A program made the position numbers and the translations under genes. Under the pieces are notes generated by a model. That model ran no database searches, was not told the origin of the DNA, and worked only from the letters and a program-made list of their open reading frames with translations. A stretch of DNA of 64,000 nt from the human T2T-CHM13v2.0 reference genome, Homo sapiens. The stretch lies in assembly GCF_009914755.1 (NCBI RefSeq), contig NC_060934.1. The stretch is one strand, 5' to 3'. The first letter of the stretch is position 1. Every line of letters begins with the position of its first letter. Positions 29,974 to 49,578 of this stretch are shown piece by piece.

Positions 29974-30157
29974 TGACTTCACTACTGTTATGGTCCATTC
30001 GGATTCTCTGGGGTCTGTAAGGGTTGGAGTTAGCAAACAGGTTTTTCTGTTTGAAGAATTGATTCTGATCTGGAACAATAGGTCTAAAAGGCACCTGTCT
30101 GTTTCCTAGACGGTCTCAAGCCAAGTACCACTGACTTCACTTTTTGCTGTGTTTTAT

Positions 30158-30500
30158 CTTCCTTCCTTCCTTCCTTCCTTCCTTCCTTCCTTCCTTCCTT
30201 CCTTCCTTCCTTTTTTTTTTTCAGGTCTCTCTTTGTCACCCTGGCTGGAGTGCAGCGGTGCAATCACAGCTTACTGCAGCCTCAGCCACCCAGCCCAAGT
30301 GATCCTCCCACCTCAGCTTCGTGAGTAGCTGGGACAATAGGCATGCACCACCATGGCAGGATAATTTTTGAATTTTTTTCTGGTAGAGATGGGGTTTTAC
30401 CTTTTTGGCCAGGCTGGTCTGGAACTCCTGGTCTTAAGTGATCCTCCTGCCTTGGCCTCCCAAAGTGCTGGGATTACAGGCATGAGCCATGGAACCCCAG
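30158..30500 (-). mobile_element. AluJ with (CTTC)n tail (30158-30210)
   Basis: Direct read. Confidence 0.88.
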
Positions 30501-31051
30501 CTTTTCAGTGTTTTAAAACCAGCCTTTAATATTGTGCTGACGTGACACTGGGGAAAATAATATGCTTAGTAGAAAAGAACATTTTAATTTATGGTCGGAG
30601 GCTGGGGGGTAACGTCTGCAGGCCCAGTTACACAGTCTGGTAAGGGCAATAGGCTGGAAGCGATGCTGTTAATAAAGTTAATAACACCATCAGTCTGATT
30701 TGTATGTAGAATGACTAAAAAGCATAGAAAGGCAAAGAGCCAATAATAGCTACACTAAGCTAATAGGGCAGGTCATTTCAGCACCATCTGATTATTTCTT
30801 GGTCTAATTTGGGATGGATATAATTTCACCGAGTGGCTGGTTTAGTGAACTGTCATGAATCAAAAAGACAGCTCCCAAATCCCTGATTCTTGTTAAAAGT
30901 CAGAGGAGTCCTCTTGAGGTTTCATCAGTTCCATTCGACTAAGAGTTTTGGAGCACCTAAAATATGCAAGTCACAGCACATTGTTCAGAGGCTACATTTT
31001 TGACCATTTTGTGATTAAATTGCTCTTGTATGAGAAAAGAATTTATTTTAA

Positions 31052-31671
<620 letters not shown>

Positions 31672-33020
31672 ATTGCCCAATTATTAACAACTTTAGGTTA
31701 AATAGTAAAGGTATTAGAAACTGGAAAAGATTATGAGAAACTGGGATAGAAACAGATTCTCATTTCCATTTTTTATAATAATAATTGGTAGTGAGGAGGG
31801 AGTTAGCCAGTGTATCTCTGGGCTTGGCTTGGCTCTGAGTTCTGGGCCCAGCATAAGCTGAAGGTCTGGAGTTAAGATGCTCAGAATGACTCTATGATAA
31901 TTTTTTAACTACTGGTAGGTACATGTCTATCTAAAGCACAGGAGAAGGTTAAAAAACCAGTTCACAAACCCTTCAATGTCTGTTTTTAGCCAAGGCATCC
32001 TTAGGGCACACGCATTTTTGTGTTGCTTTTTCAGAGAACTCAGGAAGAAAAGGCATTCCCAGAGCCCAGCCCACTTCTTTTCTTTGCCCTGTCACTCACT
32101 GGTCGCTTGGACCTCAGATCGTTTCACTTGGAGAGGACTGAGAGAGGACTGGGTATACATTTAACAGCATGGAGAGCCAACCATCCTAACACCACAGTCC
32201 ATTGAAACTGACTAGATAAAGCAAAGCAAAACAGCTTTTATTTTCCAGAGCCATCATTTATGAAGTTAAAAGCCTAAGTAGTCATTTAGAATTCTTTCAT
32301 CACTATGGAAAATGGGATGGTTTCCTTTAGTCTTGGAAATTCAGCTCTCAAAAGATTATTTCCTCGCAGGCACCTGGCTTACAATCAGGATGAGCTGCCT
32401 GTGGGTGATGATTTGATTTTCTTTGAAATATGGGGAAAAGGAGGAAGGATTCAACTTTTGCAATTTGTACAGCCTATCATCAGGTGAAGAAAACATTTAG
32501 CATTTCAAGATTAAATTTTTATTTGACTTTTCCAGTAATTTATCACAGAGATTCCTTTTTGATGGAAATTTGGTGTTTTTTAAATAGAATAATGGCTTTC
32601 TTTATCATTCAAATAAATGTCTTGTCACAACTTGAAAAAAATGCAATTTTTGAAACACTGGAATTTTTATTTCTCCCACAGTTATGCATTTTATAAAGTC
32701 CTTTCATCTGTATAAAAATCTGCTGTCTCTTTTTACCAAATTTTACTTATTCAACAAGGATGAAGGTTTATAGGGAGAAAATATCATAAATTAACAAATT
32801 TAAGACTTTTTCCAGTCAAAACAAACAGTGATCTCAGGATTATTCAACTGTATAATATTACTTAAGCATTCAGGCACATAAGTGCATGTTTTAAAATAAA
32901 TCAGGAAGGACTCAAATAATTTTTATGCCTCAAGAGAAACCTTTGAGGTTCTTTCTGCACAGGCTTGCATTGAAACTTAAAGAAACATATTACGGAGGAG
33001 AAAAGAGATGGTACTGTTTT

Positions 33021-33240
33021 CTAGTACTAGTGTTGAGTGGATAGTACTAGTGTTGAGTGGATAGTACTAGTATTGAGTGGATGGTACTAGTGTTGAGTGG
33101 ATAGTACTAGTGTTGAGTGGATAGTACTAGTGTTGAGTGGATGGTACTAGTGTTAAGTGGATAGTACTAGTGTTGAGTGGATAGTACTAGTGTTGAGTGG
33201 ATGGTACTAGTGTTGAGTGGATGGTACTAGTGTTGAGCGG
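33021..33240 (+). repeat. 20-bp minisatellite (atRgtactagtgttgagtgg) x11
   Basis: Eleven contiguous units with few substitutions. Confidence 0.97.
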
Positions 33241-33569
33241 AAGGTCATTAGGATACATTAGTTACTTTGCAGATCTGCAGCACAGGAGAAGGGTGAAGAG
33301 CCTGATGGGGAATCAGAGGAGAGCCCCCAATAATGGTGATCATCAGAAGTGTCTTGAGCACCAGTTGGTACAAGTATTATTAGGTCTGAAGACACAGAAA
33401 CAGAATGCATGCAACTCCTGTTCTCATATAGGAAGCATGTTAAGGACTGTAATGGGATGTGTACATGGGATAGGTAATGTACGTTTAAGCCACATTTTTT
33501 TCAGAATGAGGGCATCATTCTGCGTAGGTGAGAAGCAATTGAGAAAAACCTCAAAAGAGGAGGAAATAA

Positions 33570-35700
<2,131 letters not shown>

Positions 35701-36024
35701 CTGCAGAGAGAAGAGTGGGGCACGGGCTCCAGGCCAGTGCAAGCTGTGCCCAGACGACAGTTTCAGGTTGCCAATATGATTCAGTCTGGCTGGAGTGCTC
35801 CATCGTTCAGCTTTAAATGCACAGTGCTTGTGTTTTACAGCCTATAGAGTGCAACCTGATTTGACCTCTTTGTATTTTTAAAACTTTGTCACTCTGTCCC
35901 TGCTTTTGTTCTTTTGTCCCTTGGAATGTATGTTCTTGGGTTGGGGGAAGTCTTTATAGGTTTTCAGATCATTTTCCTTGCTTTAGTGTTTCCTGTCACG
36001 AGGACACCCCCCCCCCCAACCCTG

Positions 36025-36026
36025 CA

Positions 36027-36085
<59 letters not shown>

Positions 36086-36086
36086 C
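36025..36086 (+). repeat. Compound (CT)n(CA)n microsatellite
   Basis: Direct read. Confidence 0.95.
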
Positions 36087-36779
36087 ACTGTGTTATGTAA
36101 TTACATAGAAAGTGCTCAAACTGTTCATTCGTGAGCTTTGTGTTTGATGTTTCTAATTAAATTTCCTGGAACAGGGGAAGTGTCTTCAAGTGATTTCTAT
36201 TTATTGTGGGAACAATAACAATTTATGGTCATCTTATATCCTTTAAGAAGACCAGAGAACTTTGTCTTTGGAAAGCTTAAAGCGGGTCAATGCACATTGT
36301 TTGGCTAAATGATAAAGCAGCTGGATGTGCGGGCTCGGAGCGATGGCAGCTCATCTGACGACAGGGTCTTCTAACCCCTCCATCCCTGTCACCTGCGGTG
36401 CTTGCCACGCACACGCCCTGGTAGCCACCTGTATCAGCCCAGCGTGACACATTGAGAAAGGGCCTCGGAGGCAGTAGGAAACCGAGTTCTATTTTCTGTC
36501 CTTTACCACTTGTGTGATGGGACTCAGTATCCTCATCTCTAAAATGGAGATGACAGTAACTTCTTGTCTGCTTCATGGGGTCGCTGTAAGGAGTGGATTC
36601 ACTGATACATGCCAAAGTCCTTTGTAAATATCAAGTCACTGACACCAGCTGGCACCCTACAGTTGATATAATTTTTTTCTCCTTTAGGGAGGTATTGAGT
36701 GAAAAGGTTTATCTAGTTTTTCCAATATGTCCATCCTCAGGCAACATCATTGATTAGAAGTAAGCAGACTTTTTATGTT

Positions 36780-37960
<1,181 letters not shown>

Positions 37961-39437
37961 TGCTGACTTGCATTCGCAGAGAATGGGTCTGGAACCTTGG
38001 CTCCCTGACTCTGCTCAGGATCTTCTGATGGAGACTCCTTGGTCATGTTGTGTCAAGCCTGGGCTGTTTAGCACGTGACTCTCTTGACATAACTCTGTGC
38101 CGTTGTCCTGCCTTCCCCATGGGGCGCCACATAGCCCATCCCCACCTAACCAGGGACAAAGGCAGAAAAATCCTAGCTCCATGGGCACTACTGCCTCTCC
38201 ATGTTGTCAGCTTCCTGCCGTGGCAGTGCTGGCTCTGAGGAGACCCCTCGCTCCCCTCCCCAGTCTATTGTCTCTCGGGCTGAGTCCTGCGGCAACCTCA
38301 CTTCTCACTGTTTCCTCCAAGCGAGGAAATGCTTTTCTGTTACAGGCTTCCAAGGGTCCGATTGAGCAGGTTGTCCCCTCTGCGTTGGCCGTGGTCATTT
38401 CTGATCACAGGGATTCTGTAGAGGAAGGAGCACCTGTGGATGGAGAGTGGAGCGAGGGGCAGCCCAGGAGGAGAGGGGCCTGATCGCAGTTCCCAGCCCG
38501 AGCCCTTGGCTGTGGTCACTGCTGCCAAAGGGCTTTTCCGCCTTCTGGAAGATGGACTTAGTAAATCCAACAAACTCAGGACCATTGGGGTGTCATCAGC
38601 ATTAGGGACTCAAGTGGCCAACAGGGAAACTGAATGAACGAATGAATGAATGAAAGAATGAATGATTTATCTGGTATAAAACCACCCATGGTGCTTGAAC
38701 CTTGGTCTTTCCCCAGTGATTTTTCTCCTACTCTAACATAGTTCTTGTTCTACCTCCCGGAGGGTAGTGAGGGGGAACACGTACCTCCTCATTCAGGGTC
38801 TTGACCCACCTAAGAACTCTGAGGTGCAGCCACCTGTCTCCCCCTGGCTTAGAGATGAGTGAGGAGGGATGGTGCGTGGGCTCAGGGGCCGTCTCTGGAA
38901 TTGTTATGATTTGGGTTTCCTGGACAAAAGCCGTTGGCCATGGCCGGTGTCACTGGGAATGTCTGACTCCATGTATCCCTCTGTGATAAACCTGTGGTGG
39001 GTCTTTATGTGTTTATATTTAGTGATGATTGTTCTGGCAGGTTCTAGAAGGTTTGGCTTCTGGCTTGTAGTGTTTTGAGGGGAGAATCCTATGGGTGAAT
39101 AATTTGTGGATTTGGGCAGAAGATCCTGCTTCTGATGTTTTTCATCTGGGATATTTTGTGGAATGACTATGTTCTGCCCCCTGGGCTTGTATAATTAAAA
39201 ATAGACCATGAAGCTATAGACAAGCTTCTCTCGTGAGCATCCATGTGCCAGTGGGAACGCTGTCCTGAAGTTAATTGCACTGAGTGGAAGTGAATTCCTC
39301 TCACTGGAAAGGATTTTTAAAACATGCATTTAGCATCCCTTGGATTGTGACAGAGTGTGCATTGCTGTCAGGTGGGCAAGGAGAGGAGGAGGAAGGGTGT
39401 TCCCCCTGTTCAGGAATCTCTTTGACAGTGACTAAAG

Positions 39438-40254
39438 TAGGGGTCCCCAACCCCTGGGCCATGGGCCAATACCGGTAGGGTATGTGGCCTGTTAGGAACT
39501 TTGCCACACAGCAAGAGGTGAACAGCGGGCAAGCAAGCAAAGCTTCATCTGTACTTACAGCCACTCCCCATTGTTCACGTTACCGCCTGAGCTCTGCCTC
39601 CTGTCAGATCAAGGACTGCATTAGATTCTCATAGGAGCGTGAGCCCTATTGTGAACTGTGCACGCGAGGGATCTAGGTTGCACACTCTTTATGAGAATCT
39701 AATGCCTGATGATCTGTCACTGTGTCCCATCACCCCCAGATGGGACCGACTAGTTGCAGGAAAACAAGCTCAGGGCTTCCACTGATTTCTACGTTATGGC
39801 AAGTTGTAGAATTATTTCATTATACATTACTGTGTAATAATAATAGAAATAAAGTGGCTGGGCGTGGTGGTTCACACCTATAATCCCAGCACTTTGGGAG
39901 GTCGAGGCAAGTGAATCACTTGAGGTCAGGACTTCGAGACCAGCCTGGGAAACATGGTGAAAATACAAAAATTAGCCAGATGTGTTGGTGGACACCTGTA
40001 ATCCCAGCTCCTCAGGAAGCTGAGTCAGGAGAATCGCTTGAACCCGAGAGGCAGAGGTTGCAGTGAGCCGAGATCACACCAGTGCACTCCAGCCTGGGCA
40101 ACAGAGCCAGACTCCGTCTCAAAAAAATGAAATAAAGTGCACAAGAAATGTAATGCACTTGAGTCATCCCAAAACCACCCTCCTCTCCCGGGTCCATGGA
40201 AAAACTGTTGTCCATGAAGCTGGTCCCTGATACCAAAAAGGTTGGGGACCATTG
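39438..40254 (+). mobile_element. Full-length MER1A (hAT-Charlie) split by an Alu
   Basis: TIRs taggggtccccaacc / ggttggggaccattg; 8-bp TSD gactaaag (39430-39437) / gactgaag (40255-40262). Confidence 0.9.
39856..40128 (+). mobile_element. AluS inside MER1A, with a short internal deletion
   Basis: TSD gaaataaagt at 39846-39855 and 40129-40138; catggtgaaaatacaaaa lacks ~16 bp of consensus. Confidence 0.9.
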
Positions 40255-40897
40255 GACTGAAGAAGGTAGGGCCTGAAGACCTGGTATTGCCATAACACTG
40301 GGGCTTCCAGTGGTTTCTCTGGACACGGGAACGTTGGTTTCTTGAAGCAGGAGTTGAAAGTCTTGGCACAGAGAACGACTCAGTGGGCTGTGGTACTTCC
40401 CTGTGCACAGAGCCCAAGTTGCTGGGATCTGGAGGATCCGGAGATGATGGAGGAGGCTGTTCCATGCCAGGGTTATTAGTGGAGTTCTGCACGCAGGCCT
40501 TGCCTACCGTCAGCAAAGGAGGTGGCCCTGGGGTGCTGGCTCTGGGGCTCCCAGATCACAAGGGGCCCCTCCAGAGAAGTGGGCTCTCCAGCCCCAGATG
40601 TTCTGGTTTTAGTTTGTTGCTCTGCCGTTGCAGAGTGAAATGTGTATTTTCAGGCAGGACAGTCTTCCCCACTCCATAGCCCTTGCTTGTTAGTTTCTTT
40701 GGTTTAAAAAGGATACAAGCTGCTCGGTGAGCACTTGCACCCCATGACCAATTAATTACCCTGTGTCTGTACCACCTGCAATACCGCTCACACCCAGTCC
40801 TATCCTTACCCAGCTGGGAGGAGTCCAGTGTTTGCAGAGCGCTCTGAAATTTCCTCTAGATGAAAAAGCCTGTGAGGACCTGGGGATTTTAGTGTGA

Positions 40898-41424
<527 letters not shown>

Positions 41425-41539
41425 TGCCCCTGTGTATTTCTTTGCACAAAGATGTTTAGCAAGGAGCCACGGTGGATAAAAGTAACAGTAATGCTTACAA
41501 CTGTGCCGTCGTTATTGTTTACTCAAACTTCGGTGGTAG

Positions 41540-41740
<201 letters not shown>

Positions 41741-42432
41741 TAAGTGCTGGAGGGCAACCCTCCTCCCTTCCCTACCTCCTGGCCCGTGTGTCCTGCAGGA
41801 GTCCTGCCCCGGAGGCAGACTTTCCCCGGGGGCAGAGGGGCCCCCAGAGGACCCAGGCTGTGCAAACGATAACCAACTTTCAAAGCACTTTTCCCATAGA
41901 CCTCTCGTGTCTTAGAACATTCACGGCCATGGTTGGGAGTAGTTCTCAATTACAAAGAGCACAGCTGTCAGGCAGACTTGCTTGTGAACCGAGACCCTGC
42001 CACTCACCATATCCGAGTGACCGTGGGCCGGCTACAGAGCCCTGAGTCTTCTCTGTAAAATGGAGTTACCGGCGTCTCCCTGGCAGGGTGTTGTAAAGAT
42101 TTGGTGAGATGCTGCTTACTAAGTTTTTGTGAAGTGCTCACTGCAGCACTCGCCACATAGGAAGTGCTCAGTAAAGGTCTGTGCTGTCGCCACCGCTGTG
42201 AGTACTGTTGCTGTTATTACTGCTTTATTTATAATAAGGTGATGAAGCTCACAAAATAGAGTCACGTGTCCAAAGCCTTGCAGCTCCTATGTGGCAGAGC
42301 CTGGAATACCAACCCGGCCAGTGTTACTTCCACACGTTCCGATGGTTTCTCCCATTCTCTGCCACAGACATGGCGCCTGGCACCCAGCAGGCTGCGTGGA
42401 GTTCACTGTTTCAGTGCTTACCTCCTCATTGA

Positions 42433-43240
<808 letters not shown>

Positions 43241-44659
43241 TGATGTGTCTGGATCCATCCCAGCGATGTTCTTTCATAAGTGTGGTGTCCACACCGTTCC
43301 CCACACTGTCATGATTAAGCCATTGCCCCGTCATCTCCAAAGGTTTGGGGGAACAAGCCCTTGTATGGTACCTGATTTTGCATGTTTGGAGTGTGTCTGA
43401 GCAGTGTGCTATGGAAATTTTTAAGAGTTGCTATTAATAAAAGATGTTGGAAATATCCTTGAAATTTTTGGGGTTTGGAATCAGCACATAGCAAGAGTCT
43501 CTGTACAGATAAGCAAAGCAGAATGAGAACAAGCCTTCTAGGGCCTCAACACAAAATGTCACGCTCCTCACATTCTTTCTGAATAAACCGTCTCGCCCAC
43601 TCCTCTCTTACTGGGACCAGCAGTGTCCACCCAACGATGTTCAGCCATCATTTGCACAAACCCAGCACTGCTGAGAGGGCCAGGACAGTCTGTCCTCTTC
43701 TGACCTTTGTGTAACTCACAGAAGAAGCTACAGCATGCGGGATAAGTGTTTGAGAACAAACAGGTCTCTTTAACTTTGTAGCTTAAGGGTTTTGCTTATT
43801 TGTTTGGTAGTTTGGTCATTTCTAGGTTCTCTGGATTGTCTATTAGGAACCCAGTGAGTTTCAGGTTGTCCTGATGAGGATTGCAGGAAATGATTGTATG
43901 GAAGAGAATCTGGGAAAACAAATTAAGTATATTAGCATCTAGCAGGAAAACACGATGTTAATGAGACATTTATTTAAATTGCTCATTTTCCAATGTGAAA
44001 TCAGTACTTGGAGAAGAAGTTATTTGCTGGTGACATTAAGTTGCAGACACATTACAGATATTTGACATTGTAGATTGAATTCTGGGTGGGCCCAGAGCCT
44101 TCCAAAGGTTTTACGTTGGGCACAGGGGCTGTCTGTTGATGGATCGAGGGTGATGACTGTATTTTGGTGTGATTCCCTTAGGGCTGAGAAGTACAAAAGG
44201 GGAGGAAGTCAGTTTCATTTTTTAGCATTATTTTTCATTTGCATGAGCAGAGGCCATGGATGCAGGCTTTATAAACCAGTCCTGTTGATGCAGTGGATGG
44301 TCTGCTTTAATTGTCTTCACCCTGCGCCTCACTCAAATAATCACTTCCAGGGAGAGGGCATTTAAAAACCAAGGAGGGCCAGAGGGCTGGAGTAACTTGT
44401 TTTGATAGTTGTTCAGTATCCGCTGCTGGAGTACCTGGAAGCGTGACCCCTCTTTCAGGAGTCAAGAACAAAGAAGTGATTTCTCCAGGGATGCGAAGGT
44501 GATCTGTAGTAACTCCCGCACTGACTTTTTTTTTTGGTCCTCTGCAAATGATTTACATATGGAGTAAGAGGCAGTTCCACATCATGAGCAGCTGAAAGCA
44601 AAGTCAATGAGCTAGAAAGAAAATAGTTTGAAACCACTCGGAATGTTGTCATGGAGACA

Positions 44660-45600
44660 TTCATTCATTTAACAAATATTTATTAAATTCTCACTGTGCA
44701 GCAGGCAGCACTGCTGGGCACTGAGTTTAGATAAGGTGCTCTCCTTGCCCTCTGGGAGCTCATAGTTTTGTCACTAAGTACGTGCAGTGGCATTGCAGAT
44801 GCTGTGTAGTAGCATGGCCAGGGCCTCGAGGGTAGGGGGTGCTGTCTTCTTCCTTTGGGGTGGGATGGGAGGAGAGGATTCATGGAGGAGGAGGGCCTGG
44901 ACAATGAGCATAGTTTGCAGGGTCAGAAACGCAGAGGGACATTCCATCCAGAAGTGGCAGCCCAAACAGAGGTCAGGAGATAGGAGACAGAAAGGCTGGT
45001 GTGCTGGGGAACTCTCCAGGGCAAAGGGTTCAGGGGGAGGCCTGGAGACACCTAAGGTTGGAGAGGTGGGATTGTGGAGGGCCTTGTGTACCCACTTTGA
45101 ACTTTATCCTCTAGACATGGGGGAGCCATCGGAGGGTTTTGATGAAAGGAGCAACATGATCAAGATTAATTTTTGAAGATTGTTGCGGCAGAACTGAGAA
45201 GAATGGACTGGGGGGCCAGGACTCTATGTATGTAGGGAGAATAGTGAGGAGGCTGTTGGAAGAATCTGGTGGAGAAATGAAGAAGCAGCACATTAACACA
45301 GAAGCTCTGGAGTTGGGATGGAAGAAACAGTTATGAGTGTGTGAACACAGTGGAATCTGTAGGACTTAGAGATTCGGAAGGAATGGGGAGAGCAGGGAGG
45401 GAGACGGAGGATTCCAGGAGGGCTGCCGAGTTTCTGACATGGATGCCTGGGTGGATGATGACCCCATTCACTGAGAACAGAAATACCAGAGTGGGAGGGC
45501 AGGTCAAGAGTCTGGACATGCTGAACTTGGGGGTTGGGAGGATGCCCTGGTAGAGAGGTCCAGTTGACTGTCCAGTTCTGGAACTCAGATTGTGATCTGG
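44660..45600 (+). mobile_element. L2 fragments
   Basis: attcattcatttaacaaatatttatt terminus-like motif and purine-rich L2-like body (gagccatcggagggttttga..). Confidence 0.55.
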
Positions 45601-45650
45601 ACTTGCTGATTGGTAAAGTTTTTCAGACACAGCATGTAAGAAAAAAGTCC

Positions 45651-46142
<492 letters not shown>

Positions 46143-46656
46143 CCATGGAAGTAGGCCCATTTGAATCCCAGCTGCTGGACCACCAGGGGACTGCTAAGCC
46201 GGCCCATTGGAAAGACTGCCTGCCCCCCTTTATGCTGAGTTTATTGTAGGCTGAGAAATTTATTTATTTCACTGGACTGAAGTGATGTAGCTAACATGTC
46301 CTTAAGGATGTCTTTGTACTTGCTCTGGAAATTGTTTCAAAATGAATTTTCTACTTGATCAGTAGATATTAAATGAAGCTCAGAGGGAAACATTCTGATA
46401 AACATGGAGGTAGGCTGTTGCTCTGCAGCTGTGAGGACCGGCAGCCTCGCTCTGGCATCAGCGGCTGGATCTAGAAAATTCAGCATAAGCTACTCTAGAT
46501 AGAACAGTTAGTTGTGATCCCACAACAGAGTATTTTATGCGGTATGGAATAAACATCATCGGTGTTATTCTCTTTGGGTTGGATTACAGAGTTTATGATT
46601 TCTGTGGCATTATTTATTTCGAGGGCAGGCACTGCTGACATCTAATTTCAAAACTT

Positions 46657-46948
<292 letters not shown>

Positions 46949-47337
46949 CAATAATTTCAAGGTAGCACTTAAAGTACTTTTGCAGGAGTAGAAAGGCAAA
47001 TATATCAACAGTCTACATTTAAATGAGAGGTGAAGAGAGAGGGGGATGAATAGATTGGAAAGTGGGGGCTGAGAGAAGCAAACCAGCTGTGTCTGGAGCA
47101 GCCCATTTACTAATAGTTGGAAAAACTGAGGCTCAGTTTGGTGGAAGGGGTACTGTCTGAATGAAACATGGCACCAGAATTCAACATGCTGTTCTGATGC
47201 CTGCTTTGTAAGCTGCAGAGATTGTCTTGCCTTGGGGAAGCGACCCTGGCAGGAACTGATTTGAATTGGCATGTTTTCGTCTATCTGGGTACACTGAGGA
47301 GTCTCAGATGATGGTCTCTGCCTCTTTCTCTCCAAAT

Positions 47338-47840
47338 CAGTGTTTCTCAGCCCTGGCTGCACCTTAAAATCACCTAGGAAGCTCTTAAAATCATACTGAT
47401 TAGCCGGGCACGGTGAGTGGCTTATGCTTGTAATTGCAGCACTTTGGGAGGCTGAGGCAGGAGGATTGTCTGAGGCTGGGAGTTCAAGACCAGCCTGGGC
47501 ATCATAGTGAGACTCTGTCTCTATAAAACAATTAAAAAACTAGTCAGGTGTGGTGGTTGCCAGTAGTCCCATCTACTCTGGAGGCTGAGGTGGGAGGATT
47601 GCTTGAGCCGAGGAGTTTGAGGCTGTACTCCAGTTTGGGTGACAGACTGAGACACCATCTCTAAAAAAATAAATAAAAGGAAAAAACAAAAATATTATGC
47701 TGATGCGCAGGCCCCATTCACGACCAATCGAGTCAGAATTGGAGGTAATGGCAGGTGCTGGAAAATTGAAAAAGCATCTCCCCCACCCGCCACCCACTGA
47801 TCCTAACTCATAATCAGTGCGATGTCAGAACAACCACTCT
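47338..47840. mobile_element. MER5-like hAT fossil split by an AluJ
   Basis: cagtgtttctcagccctggctgcaccttaaaatcacctagg ... gaccaatcgagtcagaatt. Confidence 0.6.
47402..47690 (+). mobile_element. AluJ
   Basis: Dimer with deletions. Confidence 0.85.
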
Positions 47841-48649
47841 CCAGCCCTTGTCCGCTGATTTCACCTCCCAGGGTGGAGCTGCTCCGTATGATGACTAGGA
47901 GTGTGGGCAGATGTGTACAGATGTGTCCGCAGGCAGAAACACAAGCCAGGCAATGTTTCCTTCAGGAGAGGCTTCATTGAGAGGAGCGAACTCAGATGTG
48001 CTCCCTTGGAAGAGCTGAGTTTTGTTTTGAGAGTGGTGAATTGACTTGAGTCCATCATCCCATCATTGAGGAGCAGGCACCAGCCACTGACTGGGCTCAG
48101 GAGTGAGAACCTCGCTTCTCAAGGGTGGCTGAAGAAGTACGGGCAGTAGTGGCAGTGCCAGGCCTGGGGAGGCTGGGGTAGGGTGTGGTCGAGTCAGCAC
48201 GCTGCAGTGCCAAGTACTTCACAAGAGGGTGAGGACTGCTAAAGGCAGCAGGTGCCAAAGCCCAGGATGCTGGGCTGGAGTCCCTGAAATCCCTGGGGCC
48301 AAAGTCAGGATGGATGGCAGGATGTGTGGTGGGAGAGTGAGTTAGCACCTCTGTCATGGGAAGGGCGGAGCCTTATCCTCCAGTTACCTTAAGGCAGACA
48401 CCTTCCTCTCAATGCGGACCAGAGGGAGGGCAGCTTCTGCAGCCAAAGAAAGCAACTGCTTTGGGATTAGGGAACAGCCCCCAGAGAAAGGCTTTGACAT
48501 CGATGAACTCTGGAAATCTAGCCTGCCCCTGCTCCTGCGGCTTTGTTCTGAAGGGAGGCTGGCCCTGTTCACTTGTTTAAACCACTGCCAAGTGCCAGTC
48601 TTTGTGCCTGTTAGAGAAACTGACACTTCAATAGAAATTCATCGATTGG

Positions 48650-48976
48650 GGTCCGGGCGCGGTGGCTCACGCCTGTAATCACAGCACTTTGGGAAGGCGA
48701 GGCGGGCGGATCACCTGAGGTCAGGAGTTAGAGACCAGCCTGGCCAACGTGGTGAAACCCCGTCTCTACCAAAAATACAAAAATTAGTCGGGCATGGTGG
48801 TGGGCGCCTGTAATCTCAGCTACTCGGGAGCCTGAGACAGGAGAATTGCTTGAACCCAGGAGGTGGAAGTTGCAGGGAGCCAGGATCGCACCACTGCACT
48901 TCAGCCTGGGCAACGAGAGGAAAACTCTATCTCGGAAAAAAAAAAAAAAAAAGAAGAAGAAGAAAGAAAAAAAGAA
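48650..48976 (+). mobile_element. AluS
   Basis: TSD agaaattcatYgattggg. Confidence 0.9.
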
Positions 48977-49181
48977 ATTCATTGATTGGGGCTGAAGATA
49001 ACCACTTTGCCAATGACTGAAAATGGCTAAGCTGGTAAAGCTAGTCCTTGAATTTCTCAGGCACCAATACAGCTTTTTAAGGATCAATCTGAGCTGCTTA
49101 GAAGGGTCTAAAAGAGAGAGAGCTCCTCTCTGGAAAGCTCGCACTGGAATGGAGAACACAAGCAGGAAATGTGAAAAGTAA

Positions 49182-49578
<397 letters not shown>

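Noticed and set aside
33021-33240. CRISPR-like array with palindromic repeats
   Set aside because: Units are contiguous with no unique spacers, no cas genes, eukaryotic context.
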